From Myxococcota bacterium (GTDB taxonomy: Bacteria > Myxococcota_A > UBA9160 > SZUA-336): a stretch of 64,000 bases of DNA. A program made the position numbers and the translations under genes. A model generated the notes under the pieces. It made no database searches, had not been told where the DNA came from, and saw nothing but the letters and a program-made list of their open reading frames with translations. Below are positions 36,716 to 45,985 of this stretch, piece by piece. The stretch covers positions 75,216-139,215 of the forward strand of contig JBBDXF010000017.1 in NCBI GenBank assembly GCA_040902485.1, read 5' to 3'. Each line of letters opens with the position of its first letter. Position 1 is the first letter of the stretch.

Positions 36716-38029
36716 TCATGGGGCCGCGAGGGCGCGCCTCGAGGGCCGCGTACGAGAGCTCACCGCCGCGATGGCCTGCGAAAGGACCACGAGGCAAGTC
36801 CGCCCGGCGGGGAACGTGGGGCGCGCGCCGCGCTGGTTACCGCGCGCAGAAAGCACGTGGGATATCCGGTCGGGTGTGCCGAGATCGCTCCAGCCGCAGG
36901 GCGGAACGGCGATGACTCCGAGCCGCTGCGGGACGCGTTCGAGCACAGCGCGCGAGAAGTCCGTCGGCTCGAGCGTGGCGTACGCCGTCGCCAGAGCTGC
37001 ATCGCGGACAGCGCTGCGCCGCGACGCATCCTCGAGAGCCCGCAGGAGATGCGGCTGCGAGAACTCGAACGCCTCCAGCAAGCTCGACACTCGACATGCA
37101 AAGATGAAGCTCGACCAGAGCGCACCGCGCGCAAAGAGCTGCGACGCCCGCTCCTCCGGCGGCTTCTCGACGAAGCACTCGATCCCCCGGGTGTCGCCGG
37201 GCTGCCCGGCGCCTGGCACGATCCATCCGTACTGTGAATCTGCCGCGTCCGGGGTGATGCCGAGGAGCACGATCCGCGCCGGGTCCGCGCGCAGGCCGCG
37301 TAGCGCCGCGCGGAGCGACTCTCGCAACGTCGCCTCGTCTTCGACGTGGTGATCCGAGGGCAGCACGAGCACCCGAGCCTCGGGGTCGTCTCGACGAATG
37401 CGCAGCGCTGGGAGGAGGATGCCCGGGCCGGTGCCGCGACCCTCCGGCTGGACGATCACGTTCTTACGCGGTAGGTCGTCGAGCTCGTCGCGCCAGAACG
37501 CGCGATGCGCCTCGGAGACGACTACGACGATCCGATCACGGGGCACCAGCGCCGCGGCGCGCTCGATCGTCTGCCGCAGCAGCGACGGCCCACCCGATAG
37601 CGAGCAGAATTGCTTGGGTACGCTGACGCCCGCTGGCGTCGTGGTCAGGTGGCGCAACCGGCTTCCCTCTCCCCCGGCGAGCACGATCGCCCAGGTCCCG
37701 TTGGGGGGCGCCACCTCGAGCAGGCGATTCGTCGTGCCGAAGGCGTTGGGCACGCAGTGCGTGTCCAGGGCGCACGCGGATTCGCATCGCCACTCGCCGT
37801 CGACCACGAGCTTGTATTCGTACCGCCCCGGACGGAGGCGGAGCGAGAGCGACCAGTTGCCTCTCGCGTCCCTGCGCATCGGGGTCGCGTTCGAGCTCCA
37901 GTCGTTGAAGGTCCCGGAGAGGCATACGGCCCGCGCGTTCGGCGCTCGATAGCCGAAGGCCACGGCGCGAGCGCGCGTCGATCCAGTAGTAGACGTTGTC
38001 CCAGCTCGCATGCTGAGTAGCCGGAGCAA
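36716..38029 (-). CDS. CBM48 (glycogen-binding, AMPK-beta-like) domain fused to a sugar-phosphate nucleotidyltransferase (mannose-1-P guanylyltransferase-like)
   Basis: N-terminus VAFGYRAPNARAVCLSGTFNDWSSNATPMRRDARGNWSLSLRLRPGRYEYKLVVDGEW is CBM48-like. It is followed by WAIVLAGGEGSRLRHLTT...VPKQF and C-terminal ...CGWSDLGTPDRISHVL, which are GMP/NTP-transferase motifs. The C-terminal ~40 aa look like read-through into the IS-adjacent sequence. Confidence 0.65.
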   Translation of the reverse strand: MLRLLSMRAGTTSTTGSTRARAVAFGYRAPNARAVCLSGTFNDWSSNATPMRRDARGNWSLSLRLRPGRYEYKLVVDGEWRCESACALDTHCVPNAFGTTNRLLEVAPPNGTWAIVLAGGEGSRLRHLTTTPAGVSVPKQFCSLSGGPSLLRQTIERAAALVPRDRIVVVVSEAHRAFWRDELDDLPRKNVIVQPEGRGTGPGILLPALRIRRDDPEARVLVLPSDHHVEDEATLRESLRAALRGLRADPARIVLLGITPDAADSQYGWIVPGAGQPGDTRGIECFVEKPPEERASQLFARGALWSSFIFACRVSSLLEAFEFSQPHLLRALEDASRRSAVRDAALATAYATLEPTDFSRAVLERVPQRLGVIAVPPCGWSDLGTPDRISHVLSARGNQRGARPTFPAGRTCLVVLSQAIAAVSSRTRPSRRALAAP

Positions 38030-38302
38030 GTTGCATGCCCTTGCGCGGCAAGCTAGCGAGCGGACAAGTGCAACGAGGTGTGGCGCAGTGATGCGCGCAG
38101 CGGGGCGCTGTGATCAGTACTGCCGCACACCGACGAGCCGGAATCGCAGACGACCGGTGCGTATCGAACCATTTCCGCAAGCGCCGTCTCGACAGGATCG
38201 CGGCCCCGAGGTGCATCACGATTTCGGTCCCCTTCTTGCGACCGGCCTCGGGCGGCGCCCAAAGCGGCTGGCCGAATAGGACTGGCCGGCGCGCGCACGG
38301 CC

Positions 38303-39676
38303 CTAGGGTTCTTCGCCGGACAGGCGGCGTGCGCAGCGGCGAACGAGCGCGCGCAACGCGCCGGGAATCTGGGTGCTGGCCGCAGCGGCGCCCACAAGGG
38401 CCATTGCAGCGGCCGAAACGAGAATCTGCGTCGGGGATAGCCCCATGCGAGATAGGGCATCGGCCGCGAACGAACCTCCCAACACGCCCGCGAACACGAA
38501 CGTGTTCGAGAGTGCGATCACGGCACCGCGCCGCGCACTCGGCGAGCGCCACTGGACGATGACGTTCAACGGAATGGCAAGCATCCCGCTCGCTACGCCC
38601 AGCGGGATCATGAGCGCGAGCGTGCCAACGAACCCCGGTCCGACGAAGCCGAGGAGCGAACAGGTGACGGCGATTCCCACCGCCCCTGCCGGAATGAGGC
38701 CGTACTCGACCGGGTCGAGCGAAGCATCGCCCGCGAGCCGGCCCGCGACGAAACTGCCAGCGCCGATGCCGATCCCCAGGACAGCAAGCGGAACTGTGGC
38801 CGCTCCCTCCGACAACCCGAGCACGAACCTCGAGTAGACGAGGATGTCTTGGCTCACCAAGCTCGCCAGCGCCCAGAAGCCGACGGTTCCCAACACGGCG
38901 AATCGCAACAGCCGGTCCGAGCGGACGGTGGACCAGGCGATTCCCCAAGTCGCGCCGATCCCACCCCGCGCCGTGCTGGAGACGACGCGAGGGACGCGCA
39001 CAGCGGCGGCAACGCCCGCGACCGAGAGCAGCGCGAATGTGACGCCGATCAGTGCCGTGTTCTCGCCCACGACCCAGACGATTGCACCCCCCGCATACGT
39101 TCCAGCGATGATCGCGAGGAAGGTCCACATCTCGAGCAGACCGTTGCCCGCGGAGAGCTCTCGCTCCGAGAGGATCTCCGGGAGGATTCCGTATTTGGCT
39201 GGGCTGAAGAGTGCGCTCTGAGCCCCCATGCTCGCCAAGAGGCACAGGGAGAAGAAGCCACCCGAGGGATCGCTGTGGAGGACGGGGATCGCGATCAGCA
39301 TGAGCACGAGTTCCAGCACCTTGGTAGCGATGATGACGGAGCGCTTGTTCAGCCGATCAGCCAGAATCCCTGCGGGAATCGACACGAGCACCATGGGGAG
39401 CGTGAAGACAGCGAAGGCGATCGTCATGCCTGTCTGCGCTGCAGCGACTCGATCCTCGGGCGGCAAGCCTGTCGTGACGCTCGCAACGCCCAAGAGTGCG
39501 ATCGCGAATCGCAGGGCGTTGGCATTGAAGGCTCCGAGGAACTGCGCGACGAGAAGCGCACCCAGTCGCCCTTGCAGTCGCTCACGGTCGCGAGCGCCTC
39601 TCGGATTCGATGTCAGATCGACTCGCACGCGTCCTCGCGGGTTCACGCGGCGGCGACGCTGGCGACGCCCGCGCAC
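38303..39676 (-). CDS. lplT: MFS transporter, lysophospholipid transporter LplT-like (start uncertain; GTG candidates near 39628-39676)
   Basis: LGALLVAQFLGAFNANALRFAIALLG resembles the LplT N-terminal signature. About 12 TM segments follow. Confidence 0.7.
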   Translation of the reverse strand: MRGRRQRRRRVNPRGRVRVDLTSNPRGARDRERLQGRLGALLVAQFLGAFNANALRFAIALLGVASVTTGLPPEDRVAAAQTGMTIAFAVFTLPMVLVSIPAGILADRLNKRSVIIATKVLELVLMLIAIPVLHSDPSGGFFSLCLLASMGAQSALFSPAKYGILPEILSERELSAGNGLLEMWTFLAIIAGTYAGGAIVWVVGENTALIGVTFALLSVAGVAAAVRVPRVVSSTARGGIGATWGIAWSTVRSDRLLRFAVLGTVGFWALASLVSQDILVYSRFVLGLSEGAATVPLAVLGIGIGAGSFVAGRLAGDASLDPVEYGLIPAGAVGIAVTCSLLGFVGPGFVGTLALMIPLGVASGMLAIPLNVIVQWRSPSARRGAVIALSNTFVFAGVLGGSFAADALSRMGLSPTQILVSAAAMALVGAAAASTQIPGALRALVRRCARRLSGEEP

Positions 39677-40082
39677 ACGATCTCTGTGGTCCGCCGCGTT
39701 CGTGGTCCAGCTGATTCAGCGCACCTCCGCGTCGGCGTGCCTCGTCCGCCCAGCGACCGGGACAATTTTGCGCAAACAGGTCGAGCCTCGGGGCCCGTCG
39801 CCATACTTCGGAGAGATCGATGCCCGATCGCGAGCCGCGCCTGGGCATGCAGCATGCACTTCTTCGCCGCCGCGGATTCGTTGCTGCAGTCCCTTCCGCC
39901 GAGAATGGTGCAATGCAACTTGACCTCCTGAGCCCTTTTGCCCGCGGCCGCTGTGCCGGCGCCGGTGCGTCGTCGGGCCGCTTCGCCGGTCCGAGCGGAG
40001 ACTCTCACCGCGCCACGCAGACGCGCAACGATGCCGTGCCTCAGATCCGTGCAAGGCGCGCTGCTGCGGAGCTGCCAGGGCC
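39677..40082. promoter_or_regulatory. divergent intergenic region between lplT-like and acyl-ligase/acyltransferase genes
   Basis: A ~400-bp gap separates the two divergently oriented genes. An AT-rich patch (cacTATAGATttgtc, ~40180-40200) lies just inside the nominal + gene start. Confidence 0.3.
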
Positions 40083-42959
40083 TTGGCGCGCGAAGCGCGG
40101 AGGGGCGTGAGGGTGCAGCCGTCGGACGCAAAGAGCGATAGCACCGCTCGGGATGAAGCAGCTAGCGCACGCCAGCTACTTCAAGTCACTATAGATTTGT
40201 CTCGCGAGCTCCATCCGCGACGGCGAAGAACCGCGGGAATGACCCTCGATGGGTCGCTCGATCGGAATTTCGGCCTCGACAGCCTTGCGCGCGTGGAGCT
40301 CTGGGGCCGGCTTGAGCGAGTCTTCGGAGTTCGGCTCCCCGAGCAGCTGTTGGGCACAGCGGAGTCCCCTCGCGAACTCCTGGTCGCGATCCTCTCGGGG
40401 GAACAGCCGGGGCGCCGGGATCTCGCGACCCTGGTTGGGCACGAGCGCTTGGAGCCCGTCCACGAGACGCCCGACCTGGCGACGACCCTTCTCGAGGCCT
40501 TCGATTGGCACGTCCGATCGCATCCAGATCGTCTCCACCTCTCACTGCCGCACTCGGACGGGCGTGAAGAGCCGATCTCCTACGCGCAGCTCCACCAGGC
40601 GGCCAGGCGAGTGGCCTCCGGCATTGCATCCCGTGGCTTGGAGCGCGGCGACACCGTCGCTCTCATGCTCCCGACGGGTCGAGACTTCTTCGCGAGCTTT
40701 CTTGGAATTCTCTACGCGGGAGGTGTGCCTGTCCCGATCTACCCGCCGATGCGTGCGACTCAGATCGAGGAACACGTGCGTCGTCAAGCGCGCATCCTCT
40801 CGAATGCCCGCGCGACATCCCTCATCACCGTCGCGGAGGTGGGTCCGGTCGGGGGTCTGATTCGGTCCCTCGTCGAGAGCATGCGCATCATCGACACCGT
40901 CGATGCTCTGGCGGCAGATGGACGCGGTGGTTCCAGCGGGGTGAGGCCCCAAGCGCATGAGACGGCATTTCTTCAGTACACGTCGGGCAGCACCGGCGAT
41001 CCGAAGGGAGTGATCGTCAGCCATGCCAACCTACTCGCCAATATCCGCGCCATGGGCGAGGCCGCAGAAGTGACCTCCAGCGACGTCTTCGTGAGTTGGC
41101 TTCCTCTGTATCATGACATGGGCTTGATCGGCGCTTGGCTCGCCAGTCTCTACTACGCAGTACCGTCGGTCATTCTCTCGCCTCTTCAGTTCCTCGCTCG
41201 CCCCGAGAGCTGGCTCTGGGCGATCCATCGGCATCGCGGAACGATCACGGCCTCTCCGAATTTCGGCTACGAGCTGTGCGTGCGACGAATCAGCGACGAG
41301 CTCATCGAAGGACTCGATCTCGGCTCGCTGCGGTTTGCCGCCAACGGAGCCGAGCCCGTCAGTTCCTCTACGACTCGTCGCTTCTGTGACCGCTTCCGGC
41401 GATACGGCTTCCGACCGGAGGCGATGGCTCCTGTCTACGGATTGGCTGAGTCCGCTGTCGGACTCACCTTTCCACCTCCCGGCCGGGGTCCGGTGATCGA
41501 TCGGGTCGACCGCAAGGCTCTGAGCCACAGGGGCGAGGCGCGGCCGGTGACCGGGGGCCACGCGGATGCGGTCGAGTTGGTCGCTTGCGGTCGCCCGTTA
41601 CCCCACCATGACGTGCGCATCATCGACGAGACCGGCCACGAGGCGGGCGAACGCAAAGTGGGGCGCCTCCAGTTCCGAGGCCCCTCTGTGACTGCTGGCT
41701 ACTTCCGCAACGAAGCCAAGACGCGTGAGGCATTCGCCGGGGACTGGATGGAGTCGGGCGACCTCGCCTACATTGCGGGCGGAGACGTCTATCTCACCGG
41801 TCGGACCAAAGACCTGATCATCCGCGCAGGGCGGAATATCTACGCACACGAGGTCGAGGAAGTCGTCGGCGACATCCCGGGCGTGCGCAAGGGCTGTGTC
41901 GCGGTTTTCGGGAGCCTCGAGGTCTCCTCGCAGACGGAACGCGTCGTCGTGCTCGCCGAGACCCGCGAGACGAGTTCGGAGCGACTCGATGAGCTGCGCC
42001 GGCGAATCGAGTACGAGACCGCGGCCCTCCTCGAGGGCCCACCGGACGACGTCGTGCTAGCGCCTCCCCACACCGTTCTCAAGACGCCGAGCGGGAAGAT
42101 CCGTCGTAGCGCGTGTCGCGATCTCTACGAGCGGGGCGGGCTCGAGAGGGGCCGACGCGCTCTCTGGTGGCAGGTGGTGCGGTTGGCCGCGGCGAGTGCG
42201 CTTCCGAGGCTGCGCCGGACCTACCAAGCCGGGATGGCGCTCGCCTACGCCGTCCGCTGGTGGTGTGCGATCGTTCTCACGTCGCTCGTGAGCTGGCCCC
42301 TCGTCGTGATCTTGCCGAGCGAGGCGGCGCGCTGGATGGTGCTCCGAGCTGCGGCGCGGACCTTCCTCCGATTGTCGGGCACACCGCTCCAGGTCCTGGG
42401 TCTCGAGAATCTCCCGAGAGGCCCGATGGCTCTGGTCGCGAACCACACTAGCTACGTCGACGGCCTGGTGCTGGTCGCGGCCCTTCCCGTCGTTTTGAGA
42501 TTTGTCGCGAAGAGCCAGCTCGGGCAGCAGCTCGTCGCCGGAACGCTGCTTCGCAGACTCGGCGCCGTGTTCGTCGAGCGTATGGATCCACGGAGGGGAA
42601 CAGAGGACACCGCTCATGTCGTCGATGCGCTTCGGGCCGGGCAGAGCGTGATGTTCTTCCCGGAGGGGACGTTCTTTCGCACGCCGGGAGTTCTGCCCTT
42701 CAAGCTCGGGGCGTTCCTTGCGGCCGCGCAGGCCGGAGTTCCCGTCGTCCCAGCCGCGCTTCGGGGAACGCGATCCATTCTTCGCGGCGAGCAGTGGTTC
42801 CCGCGCCGAGGAAGCGTGAGCTTGACGGTTTCCGTGGCGCTTTCGCCCAAAGGGTCGGATTGGGCTGAAGCGATCAGGCTCCGAGACGAGTCGCGCGCGG
42901 CGATTCTCGCGATGAGCGGCGAGCCCGACCTCGCCGAGCAGCACGTCGAGCTACAGTGA
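40083..42959 (+). CDS. tri-domain acyl-carrier (PP-binding)-fatty-acyl-AMP ligase-PlsC acyltransferase protein (reverse-order Aas-like)
   Basis: PP-binding motif LDRNFGLDSLARVEL. AMP-binding signature FLQYTSGSTGDPKGVIVSHANLLAN. C-terminal LPLAT motifs HxxxxD (VANHTSYVDG) and FPEGT (FFPEGTFF). An alternative start at ATG 40236 is possible. Confidence 0.75.
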   Translation: MAREARRGVRVQPSDAKSDSTARDEAASARQLLQVTIDLSRELHPRRRRTAGMTLDGSLDRNFGLDSLARVELWGRLERVFGVRLPEQLLGTAESPRELLVAILSGEQPGRRDLATLVGHERLEPVHETPDLATTLLEAFDWHVRSHPDRLHLSLPHSDGREEPISYAQLHQAARRVASGIASRGLERGDTVALMLPTGRDFFASFLGILYAGGVPVPIYPPMRATQIEEHVRRQARILSNARATSLITVAEVGPVGGLIRSLVESMRIIDTVDALAADGRGGSSGVRPQAHETAFLQYTSGSTGDPKGVIVSHANLLANIRAMGEAAEVTSSDVFVSWLPLYHDMGLIGAWLASLYYAVPSVILSPLQFLARPESWLWAIHRHRGTITASPNFGYELCVRRISDELIEGLDLGSLRFAANGAEPVSSSTTRRFCDRFRRYGFRPEAMAPVYGLAESAVGLTFPPPGRGPVIDRVDRKALSHRGEARPVTGGHADAVELVACGRPLPHHDVRIIDETGHEAGERKVGRLQFRGPSVTAGYFRNEAKTREAFAGDWMESGDLAYIAGGDVYLTGRTKDLIIRAGRNIYAHEVEEVVGDIPGVRKGCVAVFGSLEVSSQTERVVVLAETRETSSERLDELRRRIEYETAALLEGPPDDVVLAPPHTVLKTPSGKIRRSACRDLYERGGLERGRRALWWQVVRLAAASALPRLRRTYQAGMALAYAVRWWCAIVLTSLVSWPLVVILPSEAARWMVLRAAARTFLRLSGTPLQVLGLENLPRGPMALVANHTSYVDGLVLVAALPVVLRFVAKSQLGQQLVAGTLLRRLGAVFVERMDPRRGTEDTAHVVDALRAGQSVMFFPEGTFFRTPGVLPFKLGAFLAAAQAGVPVVPAALRGTRSILRGEQWFPRRGSVSLTVSVALSPKGSDWAEAIRLRDESRAAILAMSGEPDLAEQHVELQ

Positions 42960-43044
42960 CGAGCGGTTTTCTCGCGCTCGTGCAGACGCCATGCCGCAAC
43001 GCTGCGATCTCGAGCGGCGGCGTTCTCCAGCTGAGGATGGGCGT

Positions 43045-44466
43045 ATGGGTTCTTGTCTAGCGCGTTCCCTTCCGTGCGCGCGCCTGGTGCGTCGCTGGCC
43101 CTTCATCCTTTTTATCGTGGTCGCGTTCCTCGGAGGAGGGAATCTCCTGCTTGCGCAGGCCGGTCGACCCATCGTCTACGTGGTGCCGATTACAGGCGTC
43201 GTCGATCTCGGTCTGGCTCCGTTCGTCGAGCGAGTCCTCGGCGAAGCGACCGATGCGGGCGCCGCAGCGGTCATCCTCGAGATCGATACCTTCGGCGGAC
43301 GCGTGGATGGCGCGGTACTGATCCGGGACGATCTGCTGCAAGCGCGCGTGCCCACCGTAGCCTTCGTGAACAAGCGCGCGATCTCTGCCGGCGCGCTCAT
43401 CACGCTCGCAGCGGAGAAGATTGCCATGGCGGGCGGCAGCACCGTGGGTGCGGCGACTCCGGTGGAGATCGGAATGCCGGGTAGCCCGGCCCAGCCGGTA
43501 GCCGAGAAGACGCTCTCGTACATGCGCAAGGAGTTTCGCGCCACCGCCGAGAGCCGCGGGCGTCCGCCGCTGCTCGCCGAGGCGATGGTGGATGCGGATG
43601 TGGAGATCCCGGATGTCATCGAAAAGGGCAAGCTGCTCACGCTCACGACGGAGGAGGCGCTGCAGCACAAGTTTGCCGATTTCCGCGCGGACAGCATCGA
43701 CGAAGTGCTGTCCTCGCTGGGTTGTCCGGATGCAGAGGTGCGCCGTAGCACGGAGACATGGGCGGAGACACTGGTTCGGCTCCTGACTCACCCCGTCATG
43801 AGCTCGGTGCTGATGATGATTGGCTTGCTGGGAATCATGGTAGAGATACGAACCCCGGGGTTCGGCGTGCCCGGCGTCCTTGGGATCGCGAGCCTCGCGC
43901 TCTTCTTCTGGGGGCACTGGCTCGTGCGTCTGGCGGGCTGGGAAGAGCTGCTGCTCGTTGGGTTCGGAATCGTCCTCCTGGCATTCGAGGTATTCGTCAC
44001 CCCCGGGTTCGGAATCGCCGGCGTGCTCGGGATCGGCGCGCTGCTCGGCGGTCTCGGCCTCAGCCTGGTGGGTACCGGTGCCACGTGGCGGGTGATGGTA
44101 GAAGCGCTCGGACAAGTCGCCGTGTCGCTGCTGCTCGCGATCGGAGTTGCGCTCGCCGTGCTTCGCGTGCTGCCGCGCCTGCCATTCGGGCGACGCCTCG
44201 TCCTCGAGACCGGGCTGTCTGCGGTCGCCGGATACGAGTCGGCGCCCGAGGGCGACCGGCGCTGGCTCGGTAAGCGCGGGGTCGCGGCGTCGCCGCTGCG
44301 GCCCGCTGGCATCGCCCACCTCGACGGCGAGCGCGTGGACGTCGTGTCGGATGGCGAGTTGATCGAGGCGGAGGAGCCCATCGAGGTGATCCGGGTCGAT
44401 GGCAACCGCATCGTTGTGCGGAGGCCGCGCGTGGAGTCGTCAGAGGGAGGGATCGATGGGAACTGA
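43045..44466 (+). CDS. NfeD-family membrane-bound serine protease (ClpP-class)
   Basis: Signal/TM segment, then a ClpP-like domain ([22 protein letters not shown]...[21 protein letters not shown]). Multiple TM helices follow, then a C-terminal OB-fold beta domain. Confidence 0.75.
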   Translation: MGSCLARSLPCARLVRRWPFILFIVVAFLGGGNLLLAQAGRPIVYVVPITGVVDLGLAPFVERVLGEATDAGAAAVILEIDTFGGRVDGAVLIRDDLLQARVPTVAFVNKRAISAGALITLAAEKIAMAGGSTVGAATPVEIGMPGSPAQPVAEKTLSYMRKEFRATAESRGRPPLLAEAMVDADVEIPDVIEKGKLLTLTTEEALQHKFADFRADSIDEVLSSLGCPDAEVRRSTETWAETLVRLLTHPVMSSVLMMIGLLGIMVEIRTPGFGVPGVLGIASLALFFWGHWLVRLAGWEELLLVGFGIVLLAFEVFVTPGFGIAGVLGIGALLGGLGLSLVGTGATWRVMVEALGQVAVSLLLAIGVALAVLRVLPRLPFGRRLVLETGLSAVAGYESAPEGDRRWLGKRGVAASPLRPAGIAHLDGERVDVVSDGELIEAEEPIEVIRVDGNRIVVRRPRVESSEGGIDGN

Positions 44467-45433
44467 ACTCGGGGTCTTCGGTGCAGTCGCGCTACTGGTC
44501 CTGCTGCTCGCGGTCATTGGCTTCGTCCTCTACCTGGTCCCGATTCCCCTTTGGATCGCCGCCTGGGCTTCGGGCGCGTACGCGGGACTCTTGACGCTGA
44601 TAGGAATGCGCCTTCGCCGAGTCCCGCCGCACACCGTTGTCACGGCGCGTATCAGCGCGGTGAAGGCGGGGCTGAACATCCCCTTGAATGACCTCGAAGC
44701 CCACTACCTGGCGGGTGGCAACGTCGCACGCGTGGTCAACGCCATGATCTCGGCGGACAAGGCCAACATCCCGCTGCCCTTCAAGCGCGCTGCGGCCATC
44801 GATCTGGCTGGGCGCGACGTGCTGGCGGCTGTGCAGATGTCCGTCATCCCGAAGGTGCTCGAGACGCCCCGAATCGCGGCGGTGGCGAAGGACGGCATCC
44901 AGCTCCACGCCATCTGCCGCGTGACCGTTCGTACCAACATCGATCGGCTGGTGGGCGGCGCGGGCGAAGAAACGGTCCTCGCGCGCGTGGGCGAGGGGAT
45001 GGTCAGCACGATCGGTTCCGCGATCACGCACAAGGACGTGCTGGAGAACCCAGACCACATCTCGAAGCACGTGCTCTCGAAAGGACTCGATGCAGGGACT
45101 GCCTACGAGATCCTGTCGATCGACATCGCCGATGTCGACGTAGGCGAGAACATCGGCGCGAAGCTTCAGATCGATCAGGCCAACGCTGACAAACAAATTG
45201 CCCAGGCGAAGGCAGAGGAGCGCCGTGCCATGGCGGTTGCCCTGGAGCAGGAGATGCGCGCGCGCGTCGTCGAGGCCGAGGCGGAGGTTCCCCGCGCGAT
45301 GGCCGAGGCGTTCCGCCAGGGGCATCTCGGAATCATGGACTACTACCGGATGAAGAACGTCCAAGCGGACACGACCATGCGAGACGCGATCGCCCGAAGC
45401 GGCGAGGACGCGCCCGCGGGCGAGAAGAAATAG
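44456..45433 (+). CDS. floA: flotillin-like protein FloA (SPFH/band-7, UPF0365/YqfA family)
   Basis: [36 protein letters not shown]...[18 protein letters not shown] is a typical FloA N-terminus, and its position after nfeD fits. Its start overlaps the nfeD stop. Confidence 0.8.
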   Translation: MGTELGVFGAVALLVLLLAVIGFVLYLVPIPLWIAAWASGAYAGLLTLIGMRLRRVPPHTVVTARISAVKAGLNIPLNDLEAHYLAGGNVARVVNAMISADKANIPLPFKRAAAIDLAGRDVLAAVQMSVIPKVLETPRIAAVAKDGIQLHAICRVTVRTNIDRLVGGAGEETVLARVGEGMVSTIGSAITHKDVLENPDHISKHVLSKGLDAGTAYEILSIDIADVDVGENIGAKLQIDQANADKQIAQAKAEERRAMAVALEQEMRARVVEAEAEVPRAMAEAFRQGHLGIMDYYRMKNVQADTTMRDAIARSGEDAPAGEKK

Positions 45434-45985
45434 AGTCGTTCGATGAGGCGCGAACAGCTCCTACTCGTTCTCGTTCTGTTGTTGGTCCCGCTGTTGCAGT
45501 TCATCGCGCCCGTGCTCAGGAGACGTCTCGAAGAGCTGGCGAGGCGAACGAGCGACTCCTCGACTCCGGCGCCTGTGGTAGCAGCGAGCCGCCCTGACAT
45601 CCGTAAGCTGATACCCGAAACCCCTCTGCCCATCGTGCTCCAGCCCGCAGCGCCGCGGCGAGTCCGCTCGCCGCTTCGGAGTCTCCGGGAGGTTCGTAGC
45701 GGGATCATCCTCATGACGGTCCTCGGGCCCTGCCGCGGCTTGGAGTCCGAGGAGCCGCGCTGAACGGAACGCGTTGGGGAGGGAGCAGCGAATTGCATAC
45801 TCGGTCGCCTCAGTGGACGGCGCGCGCATGGACATACAAGAGCCCAATGCTATGAAGGACCTCGCTCCCCCGTCACCTCGAGCCGATGGACGAGAAACAG
45901 CGCGTGACGCCCGATACGCCGCTCCTGGAGGCGCTTCGCCGGATGGGGAGCTTTGGCGCGCAGCGGCTGCTGGTGATGCGTCCTC

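Noticed and set aside
45443-45763. 106-aa + ORF after floA (MRREQLLLVLVLLLVPLLQF...) and a 40-codon CBS-domain-like remnant at ~45882..46003 (…TPLLEALRRMGSFGAQRLLVM…)
   Set aside because: The first has one hydrophobic helix, then Pro/Arg-rich low complexity. The second is too short and lacks a full CBS pair. Neither can be supported as a gene. They may be further island debris.
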